From NCBI RefSeq assembly GCF_006345805.1, contig NC_043002.1, forward strand, positions 62,558,001 through 62,622,000: a DNA stretch of 64,000 bases, given 5' to 3'. A program made the position numbers and the translations under genes. This stretch comes from Octopus sinensis. Its lineage: Eukaryota. The notes beneath the pieces were generated by a model that was not told where the DNA came from, did not search any database, and saw nothing but the letters and a program-made list of their open reading frames with translations. Below, in pieces: positions 14,022 through 26,973 of the stretch (within the stretch, counting starts at the first letter, position 1; the number at the start of each line of letters is the position of its first letter).

Positions 14022-14229
14022 TTACGTTCCTTTTCTTTTGCCTCTTTTCTTTTGTTTTTTTTTTCTTTTTCTTTTTCTTTTTCATTGGTTCAGTGCCAGT
14101 GTGGATCAAAGTTCCAGGTGAAGAAGGGCAGATTTCCAAACAGAATCGATCCGTCGTCGTCGTTTATACATCTTAGAACTTGAGGGGAACCTTTAAAAAG
14201 AACGCCTGCTGCTTTTTGTGCTCGGTCGT

Positions 14230-14646
14230 ATTAGTAGTAGTGGCAGTGGTAGAAAGGGTGATAGTGGTAGTGGTTGTGGTGGTAATGTTGTGTGTGGGGA
14301 TAGTAGGAGTTGATGTTGTAACGGTTGGGAAGATTGGAATATAGTCTTTGAGATGGAAGTGGCAGCAGAACGGGAATAGCGATGTTACTGCAGGTTTCGG
14401 TGGTATATGCTTTCTGTTTGATCGTTGGCAGAGGGGTAATGTAGAAATTAATAGTGGTGGTAGTGTCGGTGGTGGTTGTGGTAGTGGTATGGCAATGCAA
14501 TGCTATCAGTGGTGGTTGCGATTGTAGTATGGGAATGGTAGTATAGGTGCTTGTACTGCTATATTACTAATGGTGTTGACGCTACAATACTAGCGGTGGT
14601 GGTTACAGCAGTAGGGATCATATTAAACGCGTTCTTGCAGTAGTAT

Positions 14647-14690
<44 letters not shown>

Positions 14691-15345
14691 ATTGCCGTTG
14701 TTGTTGTAGTGTTGGTGGTAGTTGTGGTGGTGGTGGTGGTGGTAGTGATGGTTTTGATTGTAGTAGTAGTAGTAGCAGTAGTAGTAGTAATTCCTGTTGT
14801 TGTTGTAGTGTCGGTGGTGGTTGTGGTAGTGGTATGGCAATGCAATGCTATCAGTGGTGGTTGCGATTGTAGTATGGGAATAGTAGTATAGGTGCTTGTA
14901 CTGCTATAGTACTAATGGTGTTGACGTTACAATACTAGCGGTGGTGGTTACAGCAGGAGGGATCATATTAAACGCGTTCTTGTAATGGTGGTAGTAGTAG
15001 TAGTAGTAGTAGTAATTGCCGTTGTTGTTTTAGTGTTGGTGCTGGTTGTGGTGGTGGCGGTGCTGGTCGTGGTTGCGGCAGTGCAGGTGGTAGTACTTGT
15101 TAATTATTAGGTGGTACATTGGCGATGGTAGAGGCGGTGTAATAATGATTGTATTAGTAGAGGTATAGATATGATGGCGGGGGTGGTGGTGGTGGTGGTG
15201 GTGGTGGTGGTGGTGGTAGACGAGTAGGGTCTGCAGTAGTAGTATTGTATTGTATTGGTGGTGGTGAAGGTGGTGGTAGAGGTGGTTGTGGAGCTGTAGC
15301 TAATGGTAACGATGGTAGTATTGGTAGTAACATGAGGAGTGTAGT
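14230..15345. repeat. Cryptic GTN-triplet simple sequence with an internal ~345-bp tandem duplication
   Basis: (GTA/GTG/GTT)n. The block tagtgtcggtggtggttgtggtagtggtatggcaatgcaatgc.. occurs at 14461 and again at 14806. Confidence 0.85.
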
Positions 15346-15346
15346 A

Positions 15347-15573
15347 AAGGTGGCGAGCTAGCTGAGTCGTTAGCACACCGGTCAAAAAGGCTTAGCGACA
15401 TTTCGTCCATCTTGTATGTTCTGAGTTCAAATTCTAGCGTGGTTGACTTTGCCTTTCATCCTTTCGGGGTCGATTAAATAAGTACTATTTGAACACTGGG
15501 AGAGGCGGGAGGCAAGGTAATCGACTTACCTCTTCCTCCAAAAATTGCTGGCTTTATGCCATTATTTGAAACC
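15347..15573 (+). mobile_element. SINE family B
   Basis: aaggtggcgagctagctgagtcgttagcac..gagttcaaattc..gactttgcctttcatcctttcggggtcgat. Confidence 0.85.
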
Positions 15574-15685
15574 GTTTCTAATAGTTTGGTAAGGGTCCTG
15601 TTTGTTGTGTTGTCGGTTTGGTGCTGATGGTGATGTTGATAATGGTTGCAGTTGTGGTGATGGTGGTATCGGTGGTGGTGTTGAG

Positions 15686-15725
<40 letters not shown>

Positions 15726-16239
15726 ATGAGGATGATGATGATGATGATGACGACGACGACAACGACGACGGTGATGATGATGATAATGACGGTGATGATG
15801 GCGATAATGATGATGATGATGATGATGGTGATGCTGTTGTTATTGTTGTTGTAGCTCATCAGGGATTAAATTGACGTATCGATTATTCTTGTTCTTATGA
15901 CGGTGCTGTATATTTTTGTAGCAGTTATTGACGTCGTCGATATTTAGCCCCAGGCCAAACCCTCATCGAGAAGATCAATGATCAAAAGCTTGATAGCCGT
16001 GACCATCCATCATTTTGCATGCAAGTCTTCAAGGAGTTTAACAGATACGATATTATTCTTTTGCTTTGATGAGAGAGTGGGGTGTGATGTGAGGGAGAAA
16101 TTGTTGCCATTTCTTGTAAATCGACCGATCGACCGCTTTGACACTCACGTATTAGCAGTAACATGGCGCTGGTGCTGGTGGCTGCGGCGTCGGTGGTGGT
16201 GGTCTTATTCTTCTTCTTCTTCTTCTCTTCTTCTTCTTC

Positions 16240-16323
<84 letters not shown>

Positions 16324-16876
16324 TGAGTGAGAGAGCAGTTCATGCCATCAAAGTGACACTGGGGTAAAATATACGAAGCCCAATATACCCATCATGACTA
16401 CCCGTCTGATAAGGGGACACCAGGCACATGCAACACAACCATATGTGCGCGACATGGTGATCTCATAAAAAGATAAACAGCACATGACCTTGCAGTGGGG
16501 CCCAGTTAGAATTTTCTTCAGGTTGAGTAGCCCATCCCGCTCAAAAGGTCCCTGAATAAGGGTTGTTTAAGGATGTTGAAAGAACCACCCATGTTTCCAG
16601 AGGTGAATTATTCAAACCCCAAAGAATCCCTCTCAACACATGGCTATGATGCTCCCCCACAACTTCTGATCGTGATCAGAGATGCACATATCGTCAGCCA
16701 CTAAGGACATGCTCAACTGGTTGTGGTCAACAACTGACAAACAAATCTGTGGTATTGAGCAGAATATTTGCTGTAGCCCATCTTTTATACCAAGACAAAA
16801 CAATGTACGTGATAACACTTCCAATCAGTTAAGACCAGAAGCCATGAGAGCCACTGCCTGGTACTGCATCAGGGCA
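16324..16876. mobile_element. 553-bp non-coding interspersed element between (TTA)n tracts, copy 1
   Basis: Bounded by (TTA)n on both sides and near-identical to 16973-17526. No coding similarity was recognised. Confidence 0.7.
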
Positions 16877-16972
<96 letters not shown>

Positions 16973-16973
<1 letters not shown>

Positions 16974-17526
16974 GAGTGAGAGAGCAGTTCATGCCATCAA
17001 AGTGACACTGGGGTAAAATATACGAAGCCCAATATACCCATCATGACTACCCGTCTGATAAGGGGACACCAGCACATGCAACACAACCATATGTGCGCGA
17101 CATGGTGATCTCATAAAAAGATAAACAGCACATGACCTTGCAGTGGGGCCCAGTTAGAATTTTCTTCAGGTTGAGTAGCCCATCCCGCTCAAAAGGTCCC
17201 TGAATAAGGGTTGTTTAAGGATGTTGAAAGAACCACCCATGTTTCCAGAGGTGAATTATTCAAACCCCAAAGAATCCCTCTCAACACATGGCTATGATGC
17301 TCCCCCACAACTTCTGATCGTGATCAGAGATGCACATATCGTCAGCCACTAAGGGACATGCTCAACTGGTTGTGGTCAAACAACTGACAAACAAATCTGT
17401 GGTATTGAGCAGAATATTTGCTGTAGCCCATCTTTTATACCAAGACAAAACAATGTACGTGATAACACTTCCAATCAGTTAAGACCAGAAGCCATGAGAG
17501 CCACTGCCTGGTACTGCATCAGGGCA
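16973..17526. mobile_element. 554-bp element, tandem copy 2
   Basis: Differs from copy 1 only by three 1-bp indels in short homopolymer runs. Confidence 0.7.
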
Positions 17527-17570
<44 letters not shown>

Positions 17571-17572
<2 letters not shown>

Positions 17573-18044
17573 CAATCAAGACTCACGCCATTAGACACAA
17601 AGAATATTCTCTAATTCGAGCCTTCTGTAAGCTACTAAGAATGCGTGTGGCAACTTGAAGATTCACTCACCACATGCGATAGATTGTGCACGGGCGCTAA
17701 AGCAACGTTGTTATCCTCATTCCGTAAACGGTGGCTTTTAACGGGTGGAGAGCTGAACCATCCTGAGGTACAGAGGATTCGCAATCTAGACTAGGGTCTG
17801 AAAGTTTACCCCAACACAGTGGGTTACACCATGGTTCGTCTGCTTTGTGTCAGAAGTGCGAAGAGAGAGTGAGAGAAAGTTAAGGTGAAACAGTACAGCG
17901 GGGTTCACCACCCCTCCCCGCCGGACCCTGGTGGAGCTTAGGTGTTTTTGCTCAATAAACACTCACAATGCCCGGTCTGGGAATCGAAACCGCGTTCTTA
18001 CGACCGCGAGTCCGCTGCCCTAACCACTGCGCCATTGCGCTTCC
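17571..18044 (-). mobile_element. SINE family C (tRNA-like head), tail type 1 ending in (TAA)n
   Basis: The reverse complement begins ggaagcgcaaTGGCGCAGTGGttagggcagcggactcgcggtcgtaagaacgcGGTTTCGATTCCcagaccggg, with an A box and a B box. Confidence 0.8.
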
Positions 18045-18588
18045 ACGTCGGTGGTGGTTGACGGCATCATCGTCGGGTTGTTGTTGCTTGTGGTGGTGGT
18101 GGTGATGAATCGTAGCGTGTTGTTGATGGTTGGCATTGATAAATTTATAATTATCTCCTGTAATGTAAGTAATGGGCCTGCCAGCATGTGGTTTGTTTAT
18201 TTCTTACACACACACACAAACGCATGCGTGCACATCCATCACCCAAAACACACAAGCACAAACACAAACATCGTTTATTCTCAGTTACAAAAACAGATCA
18301 CTTTGATAAAGCACTCAATACCTTATGATACACAGATTCAATTTGAGCAGCGTACGGAGATTATATCAACAGTGCTTCACACGCATACGAACAGATCTCT
18401 TCTTTATGCATGGAGCATATATAAATGCATACTTGCATATATGTGTGTATGTATACAAACATACGTGTATATATATACACATATGTACATAAGGACATAT
18501 CCACGTACTCACAGATACACACGCATGCGGTCAGATAAACACATCCGTATACATACACATGTATACACACACACATATATATATATAT

Positions 18589-18791
18589 AGGAGTGGCTGT
18601 GTGGTAAGTAGCTTGCTTCTCAACCACATCGTTCCAGGTTCAGTCCTTGGGCAAGTGTCTTCTACTATTGCCTCGGACAGACCAAGGCCTTGTGAGTGGA
18701 TTTGGTAGGCGGAATCTGAAAGAAGCTCGTCGTATATATATATATATATATATATATATACTGTATATATATATGTGTGTGTGTGTGTGTT

Positions 18792-18831
<40 letters not shown>

Positions 18832-19075
18832 TTTGTGTGTGTGTGCGTGCGTGCGTGCGTGTGTGTGTGTGTGTGTGTGTTTGTGTTTGTGCCCCTACCA
18901 TCGCTTGACAACCGATGTTGGTGTGCTTACGTCCCCGTAACCTAGCGGTTCGGCAAAAGAAACCGATAGGATATAAATACTAGGCTTACAAAGAATAAGT
19001 CCTGGGAGTGATATGTTCGACAAAAGGTGGTGTTCCAGCATGGCTGCGGTCATGTGACTGAAACAAGTAAAAGAG
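18589..19075 (+). mobile_element. SINE family A, full length
   Basis: aggagtggctgtgtggtaagtagcttgc ... gtgactgaaacaagtaaaagag. Confidence 0.9.
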
Positions 19076-19534
19076 TGCGTGTTTACGTGTGTGTGTGAGT
19101 GTGTACATATTTATACGCACTGATACTTAAACGGTTAAGAGGTTTCATACGTAAATTTATATTGAAAAAAAGAAACAAAAACAAATCGAAGAAAATGCTT
19201 AGAGAACGTTTATCATGGAAAACAAAGACAATACGTACGTTTTAAAACAAGCAGCTACTATTAGTTTCGGTCGCTTTATGATGACTTCTTCCAGCTGCAA
19301 ATAAAAGACAAAAAAATTTAATCTTTCATAGTATCAGTTATGGAAAGAGATCACATGGTTCTTTGTTTCGTTTCCTTCCGGTTGTTGTTGGTTGACAGCG
19401 GTGACCAGATAATGAAAGTGTTAGCAGGAAGGCCTGTTAGTAGGGTAAGAGGAACAGTAGTAGTAGCGGCAGTTGCAGCACTGGCAGCTGCTAAGGTTCC
19501 CTGTGGCTTGTAGCAGACTTCCCAATAGCCACGG

Positions 19535-20149
19535 CCGGCTGCGAATTTTTTTTTTTCCTACGGGAGTTCCGGACCCAAGTTATGAACTCATTTGCATGCA
19601 ACCAATGAGGGCTCTAAAGACTAGTGTCATAGAATTAAATACAATAATTATAACAGATAGATTTATAATTACTACTAATAACAGTACTCACACATTTTCT
19701 TGCCTATTTTTTTTTTTTTTTTGTACAAAAGCTCTTAAAATGAATAAAACTCGTTTTTTCGCTGAAGATCACGGAAAATGTACATGAGGGACTCGGATAG
19801 CCAAAGATACATTAACAATACTCACGTCCATAATTTGTATCAATGAATCAATGTTTATCTATAAAACCTTTAAGCAGTTTCCGTACTTTCATGTTCGTCA
19901 AAAAAGAAACATTATCTTTAACTGTTATAGTAATTCAAACCTACCGCTAACAAGCGTACGTGTTCAGTATCGATGGTATTGGCATCTGAATGAGAGCACA
20001 ATACAAGATTCGCATGGCAATCAGAGGTCGCTATTTTAAATGCCAACCTATGGTAACTTGACATGGTCAAGATGAGCTCTGATTGGCTGTATACAGATGA
20101 GTTCATTACTGGGTCCGGAACTCTCGTGGAAAATTTTTTCGTAGGCCGG
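19535..20149. mobile_element. Unit bounded by ~80-bp inverted repeats carrying CCAAT and octamer motifs
   Basis: Arm 19535-19615 (-) and arm 20074-20149 (+) are inverted copies, both terminating in CCGG. Confidence 0.5.
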
Positions 20150-20169
20150 TATAGGGTTGCTGGCGCCCC

Positions 20170-20569
20170 AGGCGCAAAAACTTTTTTTCCCGTGAGAGTT
20201 CCAGACTCAAGTTATGAACTCATTTGCATACAGCCAATCAGAGCTCGACTATCAAACTAATTTATGAGCGCATAACAAGTGATGGGTGATATGATAAGGT
20301 CACTTGGGTAAGGAATGACCATGCTTCTTTTCTCTTTTAATAATGCTTGTTGTTCTTGTTAGGTATAATCTGAGAGCTGACCGGCACCTTTGCTTTCACA
20401 CTTTTTAAACAATCCTTCAACAGTCTGCCAGCACCCAATGTTTCTGCCACCATCACCAACCTTTGTTAACTTGACAACAAGGTCAAGGTGAGCTCTGATT
20501 GGCTGTATGCAAATGAGTTCAATTACTGGGATCCGGAACTCTCGTGGGAAAATGTTTTCGGGCTTCGGG
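20170..20569. mobile_element. Second unit with the same inverted arms and an unrelated interior
   Basis: Arms at 20170-20246 (-) and 20490-20569 (+). Confidence 0.5.
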
Positions 20570-20860
20570 CAAGCTGAACTTCGGTGTGTACAAGCTGACG
20601 ATCGTGGAAATTTCCTTGTTTTTGTCACGCCCTCCTTGACACCCCATAGCATGGCGCCGCGGTGACTGTTCGAGTTGACGATACCTTGAGCCGGCCCTGC
20701 CAGTACCTCGGTAATTCTCAACCGGGGTCCACAACACCCTTCGAATACCATATGATTCTTGAGAGTCCATATAAGATTTTGCTGTTAAAATTTAAATGCA
20801 ATACTTTAACAATTATTTTTTATACAATTCATAATTACATTTAGTAATCCTGTCTATTAT

Positions 20861-21053
20861 AGGCAGAAGAGCTGAAATTTGAGGGAGGGGGATAGTCGAT
20901 TACATCGACCCCAGTATTCAGCTGGTACTTACTTTATCAACCCCGAAAGGATGAAAAGCAAAGTCGACCTCGGTGGAATTTGAACTCAAAGCGTAAAGAC
21001 GGACGAAATATCGCTTAGCATTTCACCCGGCGTGTTAACGATTGTGCCAACTC
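20861..21053 (-). mobile_element. SINE family B
   Basis: Reverse complement of the family B head and core. Confidence 0.85.
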
Positions 21054-21428
21054 AAAAATATATTTGGATTTTGTAACCATCGAATGGCTATGAAGGCCCA
21101 CCGAGTAAAAATAGAAATCAAAGAGGTCGATATGTTTTTAGAAAATGGTTGAGAATGGCTGATCAAACCCGGAGTAGTGTTGGCTTATAACAGTTATCCA
21201 TCTATAAGGTTACACTATCGGTTGTGGCTCTCTCGTTTTCTCTGCCACATATACAAAGTGACGCAGAAGCCACGCATCATTATATTCACGAGAAAAACCG
21301 TTTATATAAGGAATACGATCATCTTTCTGTTACTTGCAAAGTATTCATTTCTTCACTGGTGTGTGCCTTTCGCGCCATCGTGTATATGTGATATAATGTA
21401 CGTAAGTGTAGGCGTATAAATATTTAAC

Positions 21429-21658
21429 TATTTCTTTACTACCTACAAGGGGCTAAACACAGAGGAGACAAACAAGGACAGACAAACGGATTAAGTCGAT
21501 TATATCGACCCCAGTGCGTAACTGGTATTTAATTTATCGACCCCGAAAGAATGAAAGGCAAAGTCGACCTCGGCTGAATTTGAACTCAGAACGTAACGGC
21601 AGACGAAATACGTCTACGCATTTCGCCCGGCGTGCTAACGTTTCTGCCAGCTCGCCGC
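21429..21658 (-). mobile_element. SINE family B, full length
   Basis: tttctttactacctacaaggggctaaacacagagg ... tttctgccagctcgccgc. Confidence 0.9.
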
Positions 21659-21717
21659 GCATCAATATATGTATGTGTATGTATCTGTGTATATGTTTGT
21701 ACATATGTGTATGCAAA

Positions 21718-21780
<63 letters not shown>

Positions 21781-22147
21781 TGAGAAGAAGAGATGTATGG
21801 GAAAGAATAATAAAACTGAGAGCAATGAAGAAAGCGTGAATAGTTGTTAGAGAGATGGCTGAATGTATGATGTCGGAGTAAGCGTGCATTAGTTTGAGCC
21901 GAAATAACCCAGACTTTCCTTAGTAACGTTAACGCTGCTTAACCACATTGCAAGGAGTGGTACGGTCGGAAGGTGCTGAAACTGCATATGTCCCTTCGAC
22001 GGCAGATGAAGGAAGTGCTTTGTAATGCCGACTGTATGAAAATGTGTGTGTGTGTACACATATGTTCACTCACACACACACATAGTTTGGAACTGAAGGT
22101 TTGTCCTGTGACTGGAGTTTCACGCGACTCGATCTTCAGCTTATATA

Positions 22148-22200
<53 letters not shown>

Positions 22201-23131
22201 CTGCGTGTGTAGTTGTATTTATATCGACTCATACATACACAAACTCACATTCCCTCTCACACACACACTCACACACCCTACAACAGAAGTGGCCGTGAGA
22301 GATTGGAAGCTATTTTCAGCTGAGCTTTATTTTGTATATTTCCTTTAGGTTGGTCATATATCAAGGAATGGCGCGATTGATGACTCAATTCCATTCATTA
22401 AAAGCCAATCCTTTTACAACACATTCTCTTTCTATGTTTTTCTCTTTGTTTCCGGCTCTCTTTCCACCTGCTTTCTCATGCCTGCACGCGCGCGCGCACA
22501 CACACACACTCACACACACACACACTCACACACACACACACACACACGCACACACACTTACCCAGTCGCTCAGTTAATTTTACTTATAAATATCCTGTCT
22601 CCTTATCAACGTGAAACAGATCGATAACTCACCCTTGGCCAAGCTCTTCATAATCTCCTCGGCTTAATCAATCTAAGATCAAAGAACTCAAACTTGAATG
22701 CAAATCCTAAATACATGTTATTTTGAAGTAACAACATCAAATAACACGTGCCAGCTAGAGAACCTCTACCTGGTCAGTAAATCTGCTAAAAATACCTCCT
22801 AAATCTCCGTCAAAATCTCAATTATGCCTTTAAAAAGTGAAAGGGTATTTTAAATGATGCAGACCTAGTTACGTCATTATAAAATCATAAATCAGTACAC
22901 GAATATATAAAGCGAGATATTAAATGATTAAAATGAAATGCAATTTTAACTAAAAAAAAAACAGAAAAGAAACGTGCAAAAAATTAGTCTTTTGGTGGGG
23001 GCGACAGCGTTGTTCTTCAGCCATGAATGAGGATTCACTGACTATGTCTGATTGGAGCAGGCCACGTTTCTAACCGTTCGGCATTACTCGTTTTGCAATC
23101 TATGGTATCCAAAGATGTCCCTTAGTATATA

Positions 23132-23491
23132 CAGGGTGATTCAAAAGTCACCATACATAGGAATAATTTATCCTTTTATAAGAAACAGAGTATAGAACAG
23201 TTTTTCTTTTTATTTAATAGGCTCTATATGGTTACCGCTGTTTTGAATACACATTGCAATACGTTTACCCCACTCATTGGGAACTCTTAAGAGCACATCT
23301 GGTGATACGTGTGCAAATGTGTTGGTAATGTGTTCCTTCAAATGGTTTAGGTCTTTTATCTTTCCGCGATGCACAATGCCTTTCGAATGCCCCCAAGGAT
23401 ATAAATCAAGAGGAGTCAGATCAGGGGATCTGGGAGATCTTATAAACTGTTTCTTATAAAAAAAATGTTTTTCTATGTATGGATCACCCTG
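23132..23491 (-). mobile_element. Internally deleted Tc1/mariner-superfamily element (DD37D/DD41D-like), 360 bp
   Basis: TA|CAGGGTGAT.. at the left and ..ATCACCCTG|TA at the right. The left TIR has an extra TCAAAAGTCA relative to the right. Confidence 0.85.
23210..23434 (-). pseudogene. Transposase C-terminal fragment
   Basis: PRSPDLTPLDLYPWGHSKGIVHRGKIKDLNHLKEHITNTFAHVSPDVLLRVPNEWGKRIAMCIQNSGNHIEPIK*, matching the WPPRSPDLTPLDFxLWG third-catalytic-Asp motif. Confidence 0.85.
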
Positions 23492-23599
23492 TATATTCAG
23501 GGATCTGTATGAAACGGCTGTTGTGCGTTATGTTGTCTGTATTCACCAACTACTATACTGTAAGTGCCTTCTCTATTCCAAGCTCAATTTCTTTTTGGT

Positions 23600-23775
23600 G
23601 ACGTGCACATCCTTTTAAAACCCATCTCATCCCCAAACCACACTGGCTCTGTCTATCAGATCCGTTTTGGAAGGACGCTGAAATACAATTTATCAACCAT
23701 TTCATGATCTCTATCATTGGTATTCTGTGGAGATGCATTATTGGTGATGAACCGAGCAGCATATTTTTCTTTCTC
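23600..23775 (-). mobile_element. Possible decayed CR1/L2-type LINE fragment
   Basis: Minus strand KYAARFITNNAS resembles the xRRAARFVTNxY pattern. Only this one short motif supports the call. Confidence 0.3.
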
Positions 23776-24878
23776 TCCCCTTATTATGGATATGATGTAG
23801 CCAAGAGGATGGCTAGAAGTGGAGTGGGGGGGGCAACATTTCTTGTGGCTTTACGGGTTTTGTTTGTTGTCCCAGGCTAAAGAATGTAAGATAATTCGTT
23901 GTTTCCTTGAACCTTCGCATTGCTGGAAGGCACAAGAGTGCTTTGTCTTCATTGGAGAATGCATTTGAAAGCCCTTCTTCCTGTTGATGGAGACGGCTCA
24001 GATTTGATGTATGTGCCTGGCTTATATGTAAACAACATCTGCGTGTAGAAGAACAAGAAATAGCAATGACTAGCATCATATACGTAGTAGTAATCGTTGT
24101 TAAGATCATACATATTTCCATTTAAAACATATGTAAGTGATTTTTTTTCCTTATTTTTATTTCATATCAGCATCAATAACAACTGCATCAACAACGTCAA
24201 AACAATTCTTCGAATTTTTAAATTCATCCTTGAAATCCGGTGGCTTGTGTATACTCGTTAATTCATTTAATATCAAGTTAAAGGACATTCACACTATCTT
24301 TTTGTACACAGAAGAAAGGTTGTTTTTTTTTAAATATTAGCCTTGCGGTATACAAATGTGAAAATCAGAATCCAACACGCCACCACCACCTTCAGAAAAT
24401 GACATTTTTCTCTTCTTTCCTTTCTTTTTCTTTTTACCTTTTTTCCTTTGTTAAAATACCAAATACAGTTAATTTGCTCATATTTTTCGTACAAAGAAAA
24501 TATTTTCACTTCTAATCATAAGTTTAATTGAAGCAAAGAAAAGATATAGTTGTATTTTTAATGCATTTTATACATTGCTGCGGTTCGTACTTGGAAGATG
24601 TTTTAGATAAAAATGGAAAACTGAAAATATTATTGAAACGAGAAAGTTGCGAATTCCGAAAAAGAAAAATGGTTGTAGAGATCGGGAAGTTGCGAATTCA
24701 GAAATATAAAAATGATTGTTCTTAGATAATTCCGATTTCTGACATACGTAGCAGAGCACAGACATCGTTGTATACATCAACGCAAATCAACACCATCATC
24801 ATTAGTGGCAGCAGCAGTAGTAATAGGAGCTGTAACACCAGCAATATGATAATAATAATAATAATAATAATAATTATA

Positions 24879-24926
<48 letters not shown>

Positions 24927-25640
24927 AGAGCAGCGAGCTGGCAAAATAGTAAGCAGACCAGGCAAAATGCTCAGCGATATTTCTTACGGCTTTACGTTCT
25001 GAGTTCATTTCCTCATGAGGTCAATAAAATCAGTTCTATTTGAATACTAGGGTCGATGAAAGTTGGGGCCCTGTGCCTATAGCTCAAAGAATTCTTATCA
25101 TTAAGCGAGGAGCTGGCAGAATCGTTTCCATGCCAGGTGAAATGCTTAACGGTATTTCGTTCGTCTTCACGTTCAGAGTTCAAATTCTACCGAGGTCGAC
25201 TTTGCCTCTCATCCTTTCGGGGTCAATGAAATAAGTACAAGTTACGTACTGGGGTTGGGGGTCAATGAAATAAGTACCATTTACGTATTGGGGTTGATGC
25301 AATCAACTTTCTCCCTCCCTGACATTGCTGGCCTTGTGCCAAAACTTGAAACCAGAGAAACGATTATTGAGGCAGCGAGCTATCAGAATCGTAAACATAT
25401 CGGGCAAAATTCTTGGCGGCATTTACGCTGTAAGTTCAAATTCAGAGAAGGATCGACTTTGTTATTCGTCCTTTCGAGATCGATGAAATTAATACCAGTT
25501 GAGTACTGAGGTCGATCCCATTGACTTTTCCCCTTGCCTGAACCTGCTGTTCTTTGGCTTTCATTCATTCGGGTCGATGAAATAATTACCAGGGAAACAT
25601 TGGGGTCGGTGTAATCGACTAGTTCCCTCTCCCGAAATTT
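24927..25640 (+). mobile_element. Cluster of three or more same-strand SINE B copies and fragments
   Basis: Heads gcgagctggca at ~24933 and ~25108, and gcagcgagctatcagaatcg at ~25372, each followed by B-box/core sequence. Confidence 0.8.
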
Positions 25641-26271
25641 CAAGCCTTGTACCTTTAGTAATAAAAATTTGAAACTATTAATTAAATTATTTCAGTCGAC
25701 ATTGTGTTCATATAAACCATCAGGTCATATACACGATAAAAAAGGGAACTACTGGCTATCGGCATTGCATTTAACCATTGGTGTCTACGTTATTTGATAT
25801 TTCATATGCAGATGTGAATTTACGATAATTTAGAATGTAGCGTTGTCGATGTATTTGCTGCATTTCCTCCTTATGAGAGAACATGCTTTACATGAATAAC
25901 AAATGTCGTTCATCATTCATTAAACATTCCAACCTATGATTCGTTCCTCAAAATAACTCGTTACAAATGGGGTCTACGATGTCCTACTCCGACACCTCAG
26001 TTTTCTTTTCCAAAACCGGAAGTTGATTTTCGATCCCTAATATTAATGAATGGAAAACAGATGGATAATATTTTCGACCACGTATGAAGCTAATGTCTCA
26101 ATGTATTTCAGTTCTATTAGTAGTTTTATTCCCATCACGAGTGTGGCGGTTCTTCTCTATAGTGTTTTAGAATCACGATTTCAGTTTCGTTTATTTTTCT
26201 TTCACTATAAACTCACAGACGTTCATTTTGCATTTGTAACATGCCTAGGCAATAACGTTTCATCTATCGGG

Positions 26272-26647
26272 GAACTCCGTCGGTTGCGACGACGAGGGTT
26301 TTCCAGTTGATCCGATCAACGGAACAGCCTGCTAGTGAAATTAACGTGCAACTGGCTGAGCACTCAACAGACACATGTACCTTTAATGTAGTTCTCAGGG
26401 AGATTCAGCGTGACACAGAGTGTTATAAGGCTGGCCCTTCGAAATACGGGTACAACGGAAACAGGAAGAAAAAGTGAGAGAAAGTTGTGGTGAAAGAGTA
26501 CAGCAGGGTTCGCCACCACCCACTACTGGAGCTTCGTGGAGCTTTAGGTGTTTTCGTTCAATAAACACGACGCCCGGTCTGGGTATCGACACCGCGATCC
26601 TACGACCGTGTGTCCGCGGCCCTAACCACTGTTTCATTGCGCCTCCA
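26272..26647 (-). mobile_element. SINE family C, tail type 2
   Basis: Head and core (26450-26647) are homologous to 17852-18044. The tail (ggaactccgtcggttgcgacgacgagg..ccagttgatccgatcaacggaacagcc..) is unrelated to tail type 1. Confidence 0.8.
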
Positions 26648-26973
26648 CCTTTCATCTATAATATTTGTGTCAAATAAAACATGTAACTACTGTCTGGTCC
26701 CGTGCCAATTGTTTTATTGTATATATAAATACGGAAAGTAGATCAAATTAATACACTTGTCAATGTTATTTAGTGATTGCCTTTTGAGATGTGACATCAA
26801 TCATCATTAGCTAATGAAAGAATGCTGGTTCACTTACAAACATTCACATACTTCACTTGTGCATGCACACACATACACACATATACTCACACAGAGTTGA
26901 AACGTTGTTTGAGTTTTTCTTTTCAGCGTTGAATTAACATACACACACACAAACGTTCAAATACATTCAAATT

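Noticed and set aside
14094-14117. 24-nt candidate micro-exon after a long T-rich tract
   Set aside because: The pyrimidine tract is a simple repeat and the donor (gtgaag) is weak.
14231-15385. Thr-rich, mucin-like minus-strand ORFs
   Set aside because: Cryptic (ACT/ACC)n simple sequence fragmented by stops, with no splice or domain evidence.
20594-20620. CTGACGA..GAAA with flanking CAAG/CTTG
   Set aside because: Only 5 nt lie between the core halves, so there is no stem II and no stem III pairing. It is a chance match.
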